Below are positions 14,998 through 24,617 of a stretch of DNA of 35,573 bases, one piece after another. Made by a program: the position numbers and the translations under genes. A model generated the notes under the pieces. That model was given only the letters and a program-made list of their open reading frames with translations. It searched no databases and was not told where the DNA came from. This stretch comes from an uncultured Gemmiger sp. GTDB lineage: Bacteria > Bacillota > Clostridia > Oscillospirales > Ruminococcaceae. The stretch spans positions 1 to 35,573 of the forward strand of contig CALWNS010000021.1 in assembly GCA_944382805.1 (NCBI GenBank), in the 5' to 3' direction. How positions within the stretch are numbered: the stretch's first letter is position 1; every line of letters starts with the position of its first letter.

Positions 14998-17415
14998 TCA
15001 GCGGATCTCCACGTTCAGGCGGTATTTCAGGTTGCCCAGGATCTTTTTGACAAAGCGGTCCACTTCCTCCGGGGCCAGGGGTTTATCGCCGGGGACAAAG
15101 TGCAGGGTGAACGCCATGCTCTTTTTGCCCGCGCCGATGGCCTCGCTGCGGTAGATATCGAACAGCTGCACTTCGCCCAGATGCGGGCAGGCGCGGCGCA
15201 TTTCGGCAATGATATCGCCGCAGGCGGTGGCTTCTTCGGCCACCAGCGCCAGGTCGCGGGCCACGGCCGGGTGTTCGGGCAGCGGGGCGTAGCGCAGCGC
15301 GGCGCGGCGGTGGGCCATCAGGGCGGCCCAGTCGATCTCGGCCAGGAAGATCTTCTGGTTATCGCGGCTGTCCTTGGGCAGTTTGAGTTCGGCGGTCACA
15401 TCGTTGGCCAGCTTGCCGAACACGCCGATGCATTCGTCCCCGCACAGGATGTCGGCGCTGACGCCGGGGTGCAGCCAGGGGGCGTTTGCGCGGCGGTAGC
15501 CAAACTCGATGCCGAACGCGCGGCCCAGCGCCTCGATGGCGCCCTTGAGGGCAAAGAAGTCCTCCTGCTCGCCAAAGGCGGCCAGGCCCAGGTGCAGGCG
15601 TTCCTCCGGCAGCTCGGTCAGCGGCTGCTGGTGCGGGATATAGATGTTGGCCAGCTCGAACAGGCGGCCGGCGGCGTTGCCTTTTTTCAGGTTTTCCACC
15701 GCCGCGTTCAGCAGCGAAGGCGCCAGCAGCGGGCGCATGATGGTCAGGTTGGAGGAGATGGGGTTCAAAATGCGCACCACATTGCGCTGCGGCGCGTCGG
15801 GCGCGATGTGCAGCGCGTCCAGGTCGGCGTCGGCATAGAACGAAAGGGTGATGGCCTCGTAAAAGCCCTGGGCGCACAGCGCGCGCTTGGCCCGGGCCTG
15901 GCGCTGCTGGTCCGGCGTAAGGCCGCCGCCGGTGACGGTGGCCGCTTTCAGGAAGGTGGGCTTGATGTGCTCGTAGCCGTATTCGCGGATGACCTCCTCG
16001 GCCAGGTCGGGTTCACCGATCTCGATGTCCTCGCGCCAGCGCGGGGCCACCACCTGCATGGTGTCGCCGTCCGGGGCAAGCGAGACTTCAAAGTTCAAAC
16101 GGCGCAGGATGTCCAGCACGGCGTCCGCCGGCACCTCGATGCCCAGGATGGCGTTGATGCGGCTCAGGCGCGCGGGGAAACGCTTGCCCTCGCGCGAAGC
16201 GCCGGCGCTGACGTCGATGTGGCTGGCGGTCACTTCGCCGCAGCCCAGCTCCTGGATCAGGTGTAGCGCGCGGGCCATGCCCAGCTCGGTGGTGTATTCC
16301 GAAACGCCTTTTTCGTAATGGCTGGAGGCGTCGGTGTTCTGGCCCAGGCTGCGGGCGGTCTTGCGCACGTTATCGCGCGCGAACTTGGCCGATTCGAACA
16401 GCAGCTGGGTGGTTTTTTCGGTGATCTCGCTGTTCAGGCCGCCCATCACGCCGGCCAGGGCGACCGGCTTTTCGCCGTCGCAGATGACCAGGTTCTGCGG
16501 CGTAAGGGCGAACTGCTTGCCGTCCAGCGTGGTGATGGTCTCGCCCTGCGCCGCGCGGCGCACGATGATGCGGCAGCTTTCCAGCGTGGACATATCAAAG
16601 GCGTGCATCGGCTGGCCGATCTCCAGCATGACGTAGTTCGTAATATCCACCACGTTGGAAATGCTGCGCAGCCCGCACAGCGCCAGGTCGCGGCGCATCC
16701 AGCGCGGGGACTGGCCGGGCGTGATGTTGCGCACATAGTGGCCGATGTAGCGCGGGCACAGGTCGGGCGCCTGCACCGTGATGGACAGGCGCGGGTCGGT
16801 GTATTCGCTGGCGGTGTAATCGGTGGCGGGCATTTTGAGCGGCTTGTTCAGCACGGCGGCCACCTCGCGCGCGATGCCCAGCACGCTCTGGCAGTCGGAA
16901 CGGTTGGCGGTGATGGAAATATCAAAAATATACTCGTCCAGGCCGCAGACGGTGCGGATATCATCGCCGGGGACCGTGTCTTTGGGCAGGTCCAGCAGGC
17001 CGTAGACCTCCGCGCCGGGGTACAGGTCCTCGTTCAGGCCCAGTTCCTCGCCGGAGCAGAGCATCCCGTTGGACTCGATGCCGCGCAGGGCCTTGGCTTT
17101 GATGGTCACGCCGCCGGGCAGCGTGGCGCCGTCCAGCGCGGCGGGCGTGTGCATTCCCACATAGACGTTGGGCGCGCCGGTGGAGATCTGGATATCGCGG
17201 CCGTAGGGGCCGCAGTCCACCTTGCAGACGTGCAGGTGGGTGCCCTCCTGGGGCACGGCTTCGGTCACGACGCCCACGACCACGCGGGAGATGCCCTCGC
17301 CCAGGCAGGTCAGTTCCTCGACCTCGAAGCCACAGGAGAACAGCTTATCCTGCAGCTGCTGCGGGGTCACATCGATATCGACATAGCGTTTGAGCCAGCT
17401 GAATGGTACTTTCAT
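14998..17415 (-). CDS. pheT: Phenylalanine-tRNA ligase beta subunit
   Basis: MKVPFSWLK, SNGMLCS, ITANRSDCQS, VVDITNYVMLEIGQPMHAFD, C-terminal FDX-ACB (RDLALV...FDIYR...KSMAF). Confidence 0.98.
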   Translation of the reverse strand: MKVPFSWLKRYVDIDVTPQQLQDKLFSCGFEVEELTCLGEGISRVVVGVVTEAVPQEGTHLHVCKVDCGPYGRDIQISTGAPNVYVGMHTPAALDGATLPGGVTIKAKALRGIESNGMLCSGEELGLNEDLYPGAEVYGLLDLPKDTVPGDDIRTVCGLDEYIFDISITANRSDCQSVLGIAREVAAVLNKPLKMPATDYTASEYTDPRLSITVQAPDLCPRYIGHYVRNITPGQSPRWMRRDLALCGLRSISNVVDITNYVMLEIGQPMHAFDMSTLESCRIIVRRAAQGETITTLDGKQFALTPQNLVICDGEKPVALAGVMGGLNSEITEKTTQLLFESAKFARDNVRKTARSLGQNTDASSHYEKGVSEYTTELGMARALHLIQELGCGEVTASHIDVSAGASREGKRFPARLSRINAILGIEVPADAVLDILRRLNFEVSLAPDGDTMQVVAPRWREDIEIGEPDLAEEVIREYGYEHIKPTFLKAATVTGGGLTPDQQRQARAKRALCAQGFYEAITLSFYADADLDALHIAPDAPQRNVVRILNPISSNLTIMRPLLAPSLLNAAVENLKKGNAAGRLFELANIYIPHQQPLTELPEERLHLGLAAFGEQEDFFALKGAIEALGRAFGIEFGYRRANAPWLHPGVSADILCGDECIGVFGKLANDVTAELKLPKDSRDNQKIFLAEIDWAALMAHRRAALRYAPLPEHPAVARDLALVAEEATACGDIIAEMRRACPHLGEVQLFDIYRSEAIGAGKKSMAFTLHFVPGDKPLAPEEVDRFVKKILGNLKYRLNVEIR

Positions 17416-17436
17416 TTGCTTTTCCCTCCCCTATTC

Positions 17437-18459
17437 TCAGTCCTGGAACTGCCGCAGGAAGCGCAGGTCGTTTTCGAACATCAGGCCGATGTTGTTGATG
17501 CCGTATTTGAGCATGGCGATGCGCTCGATGCCGATGCCGAAGGCAAAGCCGGAATACACCTCCGGGTCGATGCCGCAGTTTTTCAGCACGCTGTGGTGTA
17601 CGACGCCCGCGCCCAGCACTTCGATCCAGCCGGTGTGCTTGCACAGGCCGCAGCCCTTGCCGCCGCACTCAAAGCAGGAGACGTCCACCTCGACGCTCGG
17701 CTCGGTGAACGGGAAGTAGGACGGGCGCAGGCGGGTCTTGACCTCGGGGCCGAACAGCGCCTGCACGAACTTATCCAGCATTCCCTGCAGATCGCACAGC
17801 GTGATGTTTTTATCGACGACCAGGCCCTCCATCTGGTGGAACATCGGGGAATGGGTGGCGTCGGAGTCGGAGCGGAACACGCGGCCGGGCACCAGCACCT
17901 TGATGGGCGGGCGCTGGGCGTCCATCACGCGGATCTGCCCGCCGGAGGTCTGGGTACGCAGCACGATGTCCTCGGCCACATAGAACGTATCCTGCATATC
18001 GCGCGCGGGGTGGTTCTTGGGCACGTTCAGGCGGGTAAAGTTGTGGTCGTCGTCCTCGATCTCGGGGCCTTCGTAAATTTCAAAGCCCATGCCGGCGAAC
18101 ACATCGATGATCTCGTTTTTGACAAGCGTGATCGGGTGCAGCCCGCCGGTGGGGTTGGGCTTGCCGGGCAGGGTAATGTCCACGGCTTCGGCCGCGTTGC
18201 GCGCCTCCAGCTCGGCGGCGGCGATCTGCGCGGCCAGGGACTCGTACACGCCCTCGGCCCAGACCTTGCAGTCGTTGATAAGCTTGCCGGCGGCGGGGCG
18301 CTGCTCTTTGGGCACGTCCCGCAGGCCCTTGGTCAGGCCGGTCACGGCGCCGTTCTTGCTCAGGTATTTCTGCCAGAAATCGGACAGTTCCTGTTTGTTG
18401 TGCACGGCGGCACGGTCGGCTTCGAGCTGCGCGCGCAGGGCGCTGATCTTTTCTTCCAT
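17437..18459 (-). CDS. pheS: Phenylalanine-tRNA ligase alpha subunit
   Basis: HPARDMQDTFY, LRTQTS, DATHSPMFHQMEG, RPSYFPFTEPS, GFAFGIGIER. Confidence 0.98.
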   Translation of the reverse strand: MEEKISALRAQLEADRAAVHNKQELSDFWQKYLSKNGAVTGLTKGLRDVPKEQRPAAGKLINDCKVWAEGVYESLAAQIAAAELEARNAAEAVDITLPGKPNPTGGLHPITLVKNEIIDVFAGMGFEIYEGPEIEDDDHNFTRLNVPKNHPARDMQDTFYVAEDIVLRTQTSGGQIRVMDAQRPPIKVLVPGRVFRSDSDATHSPMFHQMEGLVVDKNITLCDLQGMLDKFVQALFGPEVKTRLRPSYFPFTEPSVEVDVSCFECGGKGCGLCKHTGWIEVLGAGVVHHSVLKNCGIDPEVYSGFAFGIGIERIAMLKYGINNIGLMFENDLRFLRQFQD

Positions 18460-18519
18460 CTTCGCACCATCCTTTTGGTTTCTGCCTGGCAGGGGTCAGG
18501 GGGCGCAGCGCCAGGCAGC

Positions 18520-18800
18520 AAAAAAGGCTCCGTCCCTGAAACGATCAGTGACGAAGCCTGCAAAAAGCAAAAACTCCGCGGTACCACCCGTGTTCCGCCG
18601 CAAAAGCGGCGGCGCTCTTGGCTGCCGTAACGGGGCAGGGCCGTCCCGCACTACTGCGCCGGGCTGCAAAGCCGGCGGTTCCCGCGGGCCACTCGGGAGC
18701 GAACTTCCGCGCCGGGACCGCCGGGGCGGCTTTCAGCCGGTGACCGCCCTCTCTGCGCCGTGCCTGCCTGCGCGTACTTTCTCCTTCAAAGCGTTTGGAC
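18520..18800 (-). promoter_or_regulatory. T-box riboswitch (Phe) leader of pheST, including terminator
   Basis: Stem I AGUA, AGAGAG and GCUGAAAG motifs; specifier UUC at 18703-18701; T-box AACACGGGTGGTACCGCG at 18594-18577; terminator hairpin plus U6 at 18558-18520. Confidence 0.93.
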
Positions 18801-18807
18801 ATCGTTT

Positions 18808-18836
18808 ATTATAAGCGCGGGGGCGGGGTTTGTCAA
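18808..18836 (-). promoter_or_regulatory. Consensus sigmaA promoter of pheST
   Basis: Perfect TTGACA-17 nt-TATAAT. Confidence 0.9.
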
Positions 18837-18843
18837 GCCATGC

Positions 18844-18870
18844 AAAACGCCCCGGCTATAAGCCGGGGCG
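18844..18870 (-). terminator. Terminator of the BI-1/YccA gene
   Basis: CGCCCCGGCT-TAT-AGCCGGGGCG followed by TTTT. Confidence 0.75.
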
Positions 18871-18887
18871 CTGGCAAGGGTACGCAC

Positions 18888-19607
18888 TTAGTCGCGGTTG
18901 CGGCCCAGGATGCGCACGATATACAAAAAGATGTTGATGAAGTCGAGGTAGAGGTTCAGCGCGCCCAGGATGGAGGCTTTGTGCAGCATGGCCGCGTCGC
19001 CGCCAAAATAGGCGTAGTGGTGCTTGAGCATCTGGGTGTCATAGGCGGTCAGGCCCATGAACAGCAGCAGCGCCAGCGCGCAGTACACAAGGTCCAGCAT
19101 CCCGAAGCTGACGCCCATGAGCATCCCGAACAGGTTGCCGACCAGGGAGATCAGGATCAGCGCGAACAGGCCGCCCAGCAGCTTGGGCCCCCAGCCGGTC
19201 AGGTCGCTGTCGGTACGCCAGCCGTACACGGCCATGATGCCGAAATACGCCGCGCCGACCAGAAACGCCAGCACCAGGGTGGGGATGTCGTAGGCGACAA
19301 AGATGGTGCTGAGGTTGACGCCGTTGAGCACCGCGTAGGCGAAGAACAGCGCCGTGGCGGTGCCGGGCCGCAGCTTGGTGACCCGCGCGCTGAGCACGAC
19401 CACCAAAACCAGTTCGGCAATGATCAGCACCCACATCAGGCCGGTGGCGGCCAGCACGATCCACGCGCCGGTCACGGCGGTGGCCAGCGCCACGCCATAG
19501 GTGGCCAGCAGGCCGGCAAACATCCAGCCGAAAGTCTTGGTCATATACTCGTTCAGGGTACCGAACGGGCTTTCGGCATACGAAATATTATAGTATCTGT
19601 CATCCAT
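18888..19607 (-). CDS. Bax inhibitor-1/YccA family membrane protein
   Basis: 7-TM; TAYDTQ and ALNLYLDFINIFL signatures. Start placed at MDDRYY (19607) behind AAGGGG; the ORF track start is 19661. Confidence 0.92.
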   Translation of the reverse strand: MDDRYYNISYAESPFGTLNEYMTKTFGWMFAGLLATYGVALATAVTGAWIVLAATGLMWVLIIAELVLVVVLSARVTKLRPGTATALFFAYAVLNGVNLSTIFVAYDIPTLVLAFLVGAAYFGIMAVYGWRTDSDLTGWGPKLLGGLFALILISLVGNLFGMLMGVSFGMLDLVYCALALLLFMGLTAYDTQMLKHHYAYFGGDAAMLHKASILGALNLYLDFINIFLYIVRILGRNRD

Positions 19608-19756
19608 AATGCGTTGCAATCCCCTTTCATTTTGGGTACACTGGATATATCGCAAAGCCACGGTGGCTTTCGCTTTCCGTATGGCTTTATTATATACACA
19701 TTTTATCGCGTGATATGTTGCGAAAGTGTAAATCTTCTATGACAGGAAGGACTTGC

Positions 19757-20839
19757 ATGAATTCTAACGACCGTTACGGCATCTACCTGCACATCCCCTA
19801 CTGCCGCGCGCGCTGCCGCTACTGCGACTTTTATACCCGGCCGGGGGCAAAGGGCGTGCCGCAGCCGTATGTGGACGCGCTTTTGTGCGAGCTGCGCCGC
19901 CCCCACCCCGCGCCGGACACCGTGTACTTTGGCGGCGGCACGCCGGCGCTGCTGACGCCGGACCAGGTCCGGGCGCTGGTACAGGCGGCCGCGCCGCGCG
20001 CCGGGGCGGAGATCACGCTGGAGGCCAACCCCGACGCCGTCACCCCCGAAAGCCTGGCCGGCTACCGCGCCGCCGGCGTGACCCGGCTAAGTTTTGGCGT
20101 GCAGAGCGCGCGCAACGCCCAGCTGCGCACGCTGGGGCGGCTGCACACGGCCGCCGGGGCCGCGCAGGCGCTGGCCTGGGCGCGGGCGGCGGGGTTCCGC
20201 GACCTTTGCGGGGACATTATGCTGGCGCTGCCGGGGTATACGAACGCCGAGTTTGACGAAACGCTCGACCTGCTGGCCGCCGGCGGCTGCACGCATATTT
20301 CGGCGTACTTACTAAAGATCGAGCCGGGCACCGCCTTTGCCGCCCGGCCGCCGCAGGACCTGCCCGACGCGGACGCGGCGGCGGAATTTTACCTGTATGC
20401 GGTCGAGCGGCTGGCGCGCGCCGGCTACCGCCAATACGAGATCAGCAACTTTGCCCGGCCGGGGCACGAGGGGCGGCACAACCTGTTGTACTGGAACTGC
20501 CGCGACTATTGGGGCATAGGCCCCGCGGCGCACAGCTGCCTGGGCGGCGTGCGGCGGTTCTGGCCGGCGGATACCGAAGGTTTTACGGCCGGCACGCTGC
20601 GCGAACGGGAGGAGGGCGTGTGCGACGCCGAGGACTTTCTGCTCATGCAGCTGCGGCTGACAAGCGGTCTGCGCCTGGACGAATACCTGGCCCGCGGCGG
20701 CCAGCCGTTTACGGCGGCGCAGCAGGCCTTCCTGCACCAGTGCCAGGCACACGGCTACGCCAGCTGGGACGGGCGGACGCTGCGCCTGACCCCGGCGGGC
20801 ATGGTGGTGCAGAACGCGATCCTGGAGGAATTGATCTGA
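19757..20839 (+). CDS. hemW: Radical SAM heme chaperone HemW (HemN-like)
   Basis: YLHIPYCRARCRYCDF (CxxxCxxC), YFGGGTP, EITLEANP, YEISNF, HNLLYW (HNxxYW). Start ATG 19757 after AGGAAGG. Confidence 0.85.
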   Translation: MNSNDRYGIYLHIPYCRARCRYCDFYTRPGAKGVPQPYVDALLCELRRPHPAPDTVYFGGGTPALLTPDQVRALVQAAAPRAGAEITLEANPDAVTPESLAGYRAAGVTRLSFGVQSARNAQLRTLGRLHTAAGAAQALAWARAAGFRDLCGDIMLALPGYTNAEFDETLDLLAAGGCTHISAYLLKIEPGTAFAARPPQDLPDADAAAEFYLYAVERLARAGYRQYEISNFARPGHEGRHNLLYWNCRDYWGIGPAAHSCLGGVRRFWPADTEGFTAGTLREREEGVCDAEDFLLMQLRLTSGLRLDEYLARGGQPFTAAQQAFLHQCQAHGYASWDGRTLRLTPAGMVVQNAILEELI

Positions 20840-20866
20840 GGCGGCGTGCAAAAGCCCCCGACAAAG

Positions 20867-20902
20867 AAAGCAGACAGCCTGCGCTAAGCTGTCTGCTTTT
20901 TT
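20867..20902. terminator. Bidirectional terminator
   Basis: AAAGCAGACAGC...GCTGTCTGCTTTTTT between convergent genes. Confidence 0.8.
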
Positions 20903-20929
20903 GCTATGCATTTAACAATGCGCCGCTCG

Positions 20930-21580
20930 TCACTTTTTCAGCGCGCCGCGCAGCGCCAGGGCCAGCAGGAGGACGGCCAGCCAGCAGCCGCTGAGCAAAA
21001 GCTCGGCCAGCGCGCCCAGCGGGCTGAGGACGAACGCCGGCCAAAGCGCCCGGCCCAACAGGGCCAGCGCAGCCTCGGCGGCCAGCACGGCGGCGCACAG
21101 CGCAGCGGGCAGCCAATAGCGGCGCGGGCGGCCGCGGCGGCACCAGCCCAGCAGCAAAAACGCCGCCAGCAGCAGCGCCGCCCAGATAAGGCCCAGCGGC
21201 AGCCAGCCGGAAAAGCCGGCCGGGCCGGTGACCCAGATCGCGGTGGGGCCGTCCGCCCCGCCGATGATGCCGACCGAGGCGGCCGCCTGCCGCTGCGCGC
21301 AGCTGCCGAAACCGGCCGCCGCCAGCGCCGCCGCCGCGCCGGCCAGCAGCCACCAGCGCCAGCGCGGGGCCGGGTCGCGGTGGGCGGCAAATTCGGCGTT
21401 GAGGGTGGCGGCCAGCTGCTTGGGTTCGCCCAGGTCGGCGCGGATCGCCGCCGGCGTTTCGCCGGCGTCCAGGCGGCTTTGCAGGTCGCTGGCCAGGTCG
21501 TTCATCACGCGCAGGCGGGTGGCGCGGTCCAGCCGCAGGTGCCATTCGACCGCAGTGACATAGCGCTTGATCTCGTTCAT
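20930..21580 (-). CDS. PadR-associated membrane protein (N-terminal HAAS/DUF1700-like helical domain, ~4 TMs, IIGGADGPT motif)
   Basis: Start MNEIKRYV at 21580 overlaps the padR stop (ATGA), GGAGG RBS; ...DLGEPKQLA HAAS-type motif; SVGIIGGADGPTAIWV. Confidence 0.75.
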   Translation of the reverse strand: MNEIKRYVTAVEWHLRLDRATRLRVMNDLASDLQSRLDAGETPAAIRADLGEPKQLAATLNAEFAAHRDPAPRWRWWLLAGAAAALAAAGFGSCAQRQAAASVGIIGGADGPTAIWVTGPAGFSGWLPLGLIWAALLLAAFLLLGWCRRGRPRRYWLPAALCAAVLAAEAALALLGRALWPAFVLSPLGALAELLLSGCWLAVLLLALALRGALKK

Positions 21581-21963
21581 GGGGCATCCTCCTTGCAAAG
21601 GGTGTTGACGCAGGCGGCGAACGCCTGCCAAGCGGCCTTCTCCTCGCCCAAAACGGCGCGGCCGGCCGCCGTGATGGTGTAGACTTTGCGCGGGGTGCGG
21701 CGCGCGCCGCCCGCGCCCAGGTCCTGCCAGGCCGAGGTGATGCAGCCGTCGTCCTCGAGCCGGTACAGGATCGGGTAGAGCGTGCCCTCTTTAAGATCCA
21801 ACAGGCCGCCGCTGCCGGCGCGCAGACGCTGGATCAGCTCGTACCCGTGCGAGGGGCGGCCCGCCAGCAGCTGCAGCACCAGCATTTCCAGCGCGCCTTT
21901 TTTGAGCTGCTGGGCAAAACGCGCGCCGGGCGCGGGCGGGCCTGCCTGCGGGGTGTTTGGCAT
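21577..21963 (-). CDS. PadR-family transcriptional regulator
   Basis: QLKKGALEMLVL, HGYELI, EGTLYPILYRLE, RKVYTIT. Confidence 0.93.
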   Translation of the reverse strand: MPNTPQAGPPAPGARFAQQLKKGALEMLVLQLLAGRPSHGYELIQRLRAGSGGLLDLKEGTLYPILYRLEDDGCITSAWQDLGAGGARRTPRKVYTITAAGRAVLGEEKAAWQAFAACVNTLCKEDAP

Positions 21964-21988
21964 GGGGATCGCCTGCCTTTTTTGCTTT

Positions 21989-22038
21989 ATATTTAGTTAT
22001 GCTAAGTATTATATATCACAAATATATTGCCTTGTCAA
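21989..22038 (-). promoter_or_regulatory. padR promoter with an inverted-repeat operator
   Basis: TTGACA at 22038-22033, AT-rich -10 region (TATATA/TATAAT), and ATACTTAG-N5-CTAAATAT palindrome at 22009-21989 over the presumed start site. Confidence 0.6.
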
Positions 22039-22910
22039 GGGGATATTTTTTCCTGCCGGCACTGGCGGCGGTATTGGCCGGGGGTGCAGCCGGCGGCACG
22101 GCGGAACACGCGGATAAAATAGCTGCTGCCGGCAAAACCGGCCTGCTGGGCCACCCATTCCATATCCGCATCGGTCTGCTGCAGCAGGGTCTTGGCGCGC
22201 TCGATGCGCACGGCGGTCAGGTACCCGCTGAAGCTGCGGCCGAAATGCTTTTGGAAGTAAACGCTGAAATACTTGGGCGTCATGTGGAACTGCGCGCCCA
22301 TGCGCTCCAGCGTGAGCGGTTCGCCGCAGTGCTGCTGCAAATAGCCGGCGATGCGCCGCAGCGGGTCGGCGGCGGCGGTCTCGGCCCCGGCGCGCCGCGC
22401 GACCAGCCCCGCGGTGTACAGCCCGGCCACAAGCTGCAGCAGCGCCGCTTTCAGCGCCAGGGTGGCGGCGGGGGCCGGGTCGGCGGCGAGCTGCGCGGCC
22501 TGTTCCAGCAGGGCGGCGGCGGTGCGGGCGGCGGGCGGCGGCAGGCAGGCGGCGGCCCGCACCCGGCGGTCGGCCAGCGGGCGCAGGCAGGAATCTTCGG
22601 CTTCGTCCGCCAGGGCGAACTGCAGCCAGGAAAGCGGGAACACGAACGCCAGGTACGCGCAGTCGGCGCTGGCGGCGCGCATGGCGTGCAGCTCCCGCGG
22701 GTTGATAAAGTACACCTGGCCGGGGCGGGCGGCATAGGCCGCGCCCTCGATCTGCACATCGAGCGCGCCGGCCTGCAACAGCAGGATCTCCACGCTTTCG
22801 TGCCAGTGCAGCGGCACATCGATCCAGGCGGTATGGTTGCGCATACGGTACAGCTGCAGCGGGCGCATCGGCGTGCCGCGGGGGATGTTTTCTTCCAGTT
22901 CGCGCTTCAT
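22035..22910 (-). CDS. AraC-family transcriptional regulator (cupin sensor + HTH)
   Basis: C-terminal 291 aa of the 837-aa track ORF: MKRELEENIPRG..., PLHWHESVE cupin, YFSVYFQKHFG, GFAGSSYFIRVFRR. GGGGAGG RBS before ATG 22910. Confidence 0.9.
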   Translation of the reverse strand: MKRELEENIPRGTPMRPLQLYRMRNHTAWIDVPLHWHESVEILLLQAGALDVQIEGAAYAARPGQVYFINPRELHAMRAASADCAYLAFVFPLSWLQFALADEAEDSCLRPLADRRVRAAACLPPPAARTAAALLEQAAQLAADPAPAATLALKAALLQLVAGLYTAGLVARRAGAETAAADPLRRIAGYLQQHCGEPLTLERMGAQFHMTPKYFSVYFQKHFGRSFSGYLTAVRIERAKTLLQQTDADMEWVAQQAGFAGSSYFIRVFRRAAGCTPGQYRRQCRQEKISP

Positions 22911-23048
22911 GGCGCCGGCCTCCCCTTCCCTTTTTTTGATAGGGATATTGTACAATAAAAGGCGGATATTTTGCAACACAGGGTGCAAATAAAGGGATAT
23001 ACTTACATCAAACAAACGGCCCGCCGGGCCGGAAAGGATGCGATCTGT

Positions 23049-24599
23049 ATGAGCCAATGGTTGAATGACGCTGTATTTTACGAGATCTACCCCCAGAGCT
23101 TTTACGACTCGAACGGGGACGGCATCGGGGATATCCCGGGCATTACGGCCAAGCTGGATTATATCCGCAGCTTGGGCTGCAACGCGCTGTGGCTGAACCC
23201 GTGCTTCCTTTCCCCGTTTGGGGACGCCGGCTACGATGTGGCCGACTACTGCCAGGTAGCCCCGCGCTACGGCACCAACGAGGACCTGACCGCCCTGTTC
23301 GAAGCCGCGCACACCCGCGGGATGCACGTACTGCTGGACCTGGTGCCGGGGCACACCTCGGTGGAGCACCGCTGGTTCAAGGAGAGCTGCAAAGCCGCCC
23401 AAAACCCCTACAGCGGGCGCTACATCTGGTCGGATAACGTGTGGGACGACGTGGCTCGCTACGAGGGTATCGCCGGTTCGCTGCGCGGTATTTCGGAGCG
23501 GGACGGCAGCGTGGCGGTCAACTTTTTCTCGATGCAGCCGGCGCTGAACTATGGCTTTGCCACCGTGACCGCCCCCTGGCAGTGCGCGGTCGATTCGCCG
23601 CAGGCGCTGGCCACCCGCCAGGCGATGAAGGACGTGATGGCCTTCTGGCTGGACCGGGGCTGCGACGGCTTCCGCGTGGACATGGCCGGCTCGCTGGTCA
23701 AAAACGACCCCGGCCAGGAGCAGACCATCCGCCTGTGGCAGGATATGCGCGCCTACCTGGACGAAAAGTACCCCCACGCGGTGCTGGTTTCGGAATGGGG
23801 CGAAGCGGACAAGAGCCTGCGCGCCGGCTTCCACATGGACTTTTTGCTGCACTTTGGGCCTTCGCACTACATGGACCTGTTCCGCTGCGAGCACCCGTAC
23901 TTCAGCCGGGAGGGCAAGGGCGACATCCACGCCTTTGTCAAGGCTTACCGCAAAAACTACGAGCTGACCAACGGCAAGGGGCTGATCTGCCCCATCAGCG
24001 GCAACCACGATATGCCGCGTATGCGCCATTGGCTGGACCCGGAGGAGATGAAGATCGCCTTTGCGTTCCTGCTTTCGATGCCGGGCGCGCCGTTCATCTA
24101 TTACGGCGATGAGATCGGGATGCAGTACCTGGACCTGCCCAGCAAGGAGGGCGGCTACGAGCGCACCGGCGCGCGCACGCCGATGCAGTGGGACAGCGGC
24201 AAGAACGCCGGTTTTTCCACCGCCGAAGCCGACCGGCTCTACCTGCCGCAGGACCCCGCCGCCGACGCGCCCAACGCCGCCGCCCAGCAGGCACAGGAGG
24301 GTTCGCTCTGGCGCGAAGTGCAGAAGCTCAACGGCATCCGCCACGCCACCCCGGCGCTGCAGGCGCAGGGCGGTATCGAGTTCGTCTACTGCCAGGAGGA
24401 CGCCTACCCGCTGGCCTACCTGCGCACGGCGGGCAGCCAGCGCGTGCTGGTGGTGCTGAACCCCGCCGGCCGCGAGACCAAATTCCTGTACGACGGCAAG
24501 CTGGGCAGGGCGCTGTACACCCTGAACGGCGCGCCGACCCAGGCCCACGGCGTTGTGACCGTACCGCCGGCCAGCGCCGCGTTCATCGAGGTCGAATAA
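23049..24599 (+). CDS. GH13 (alpha-amylase family) cytoplasmic glycoside hydrolase
   Basis: FYEIYPQSFYDSNGDGIGD, GYDVADY, DLVPGH, catalytic GFRVDMA / SEW / NHD, YYGDEIG. Start MSQWL at 23049; no signal peptide. Confidence 0.92.
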   Translation: MSQWLNDAVFYEIYPQSFYDSNGDGIGDIPGITAKLDYIRSLGCNALWLNPCFLSPFGDAGYDVADYCQVAPRYGTNEDLTALFEAAHTRGMHVLLDLVPGHTSVEHRWFKESCKAAQNPYSGRYIWSDNVWDDVARYEGIAGSLRGISERDGSVAVNFFSMQPALNYGFATVTAPWQCAVDSPQALATRQAMKDVMAFWLDRGCDGFRVDMAGSLVKNDPGQEQTIRLWQDMRAYLDEKYPHAVLVSEWGEADKSLRAGFHMDFLLHFGPSHYMDLFRCEHPYFSREGKGDIHAFVKAYRKNYELTNGKGLICPISGNHDMPRMRHWLDPEEMKIAFAFLLSMPGAPFIYYGDEIGMQYLDLPSKEGGYERTGARTPMQWDSGKNAGFSTAEADRLYLPQDPAADAPNAAAQQAQEGSLWREVQKLNGIRHATPALQAQGGIEFVYCQEDAYPLAYLRTAGSQRVLVVLNPAGRETKFLYDGKLGRALYTLNGAPTQAHGVVTVPPASAAFIEVE

Positions 24600-24617
24600 T
24601 TTTTGCCGATACAGTGC

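Noticed and set aside
20930-21580. Sodium-translocating decarboxylase beta subunit
   Set aside because: Only the short IIGGADGPT motif matches; the protein is 216 aa with a HAAS-like N-terminus and has no alpha, gamma or biotin-carrier neighbours.
22911-24548. 837-aa AraC fusion protein (ORF track 22035..24548)
   Set aside because: The N-terminal 546 codons are the antisense shadow of the GH13 gene; a good RBS precedes ATG 22910.
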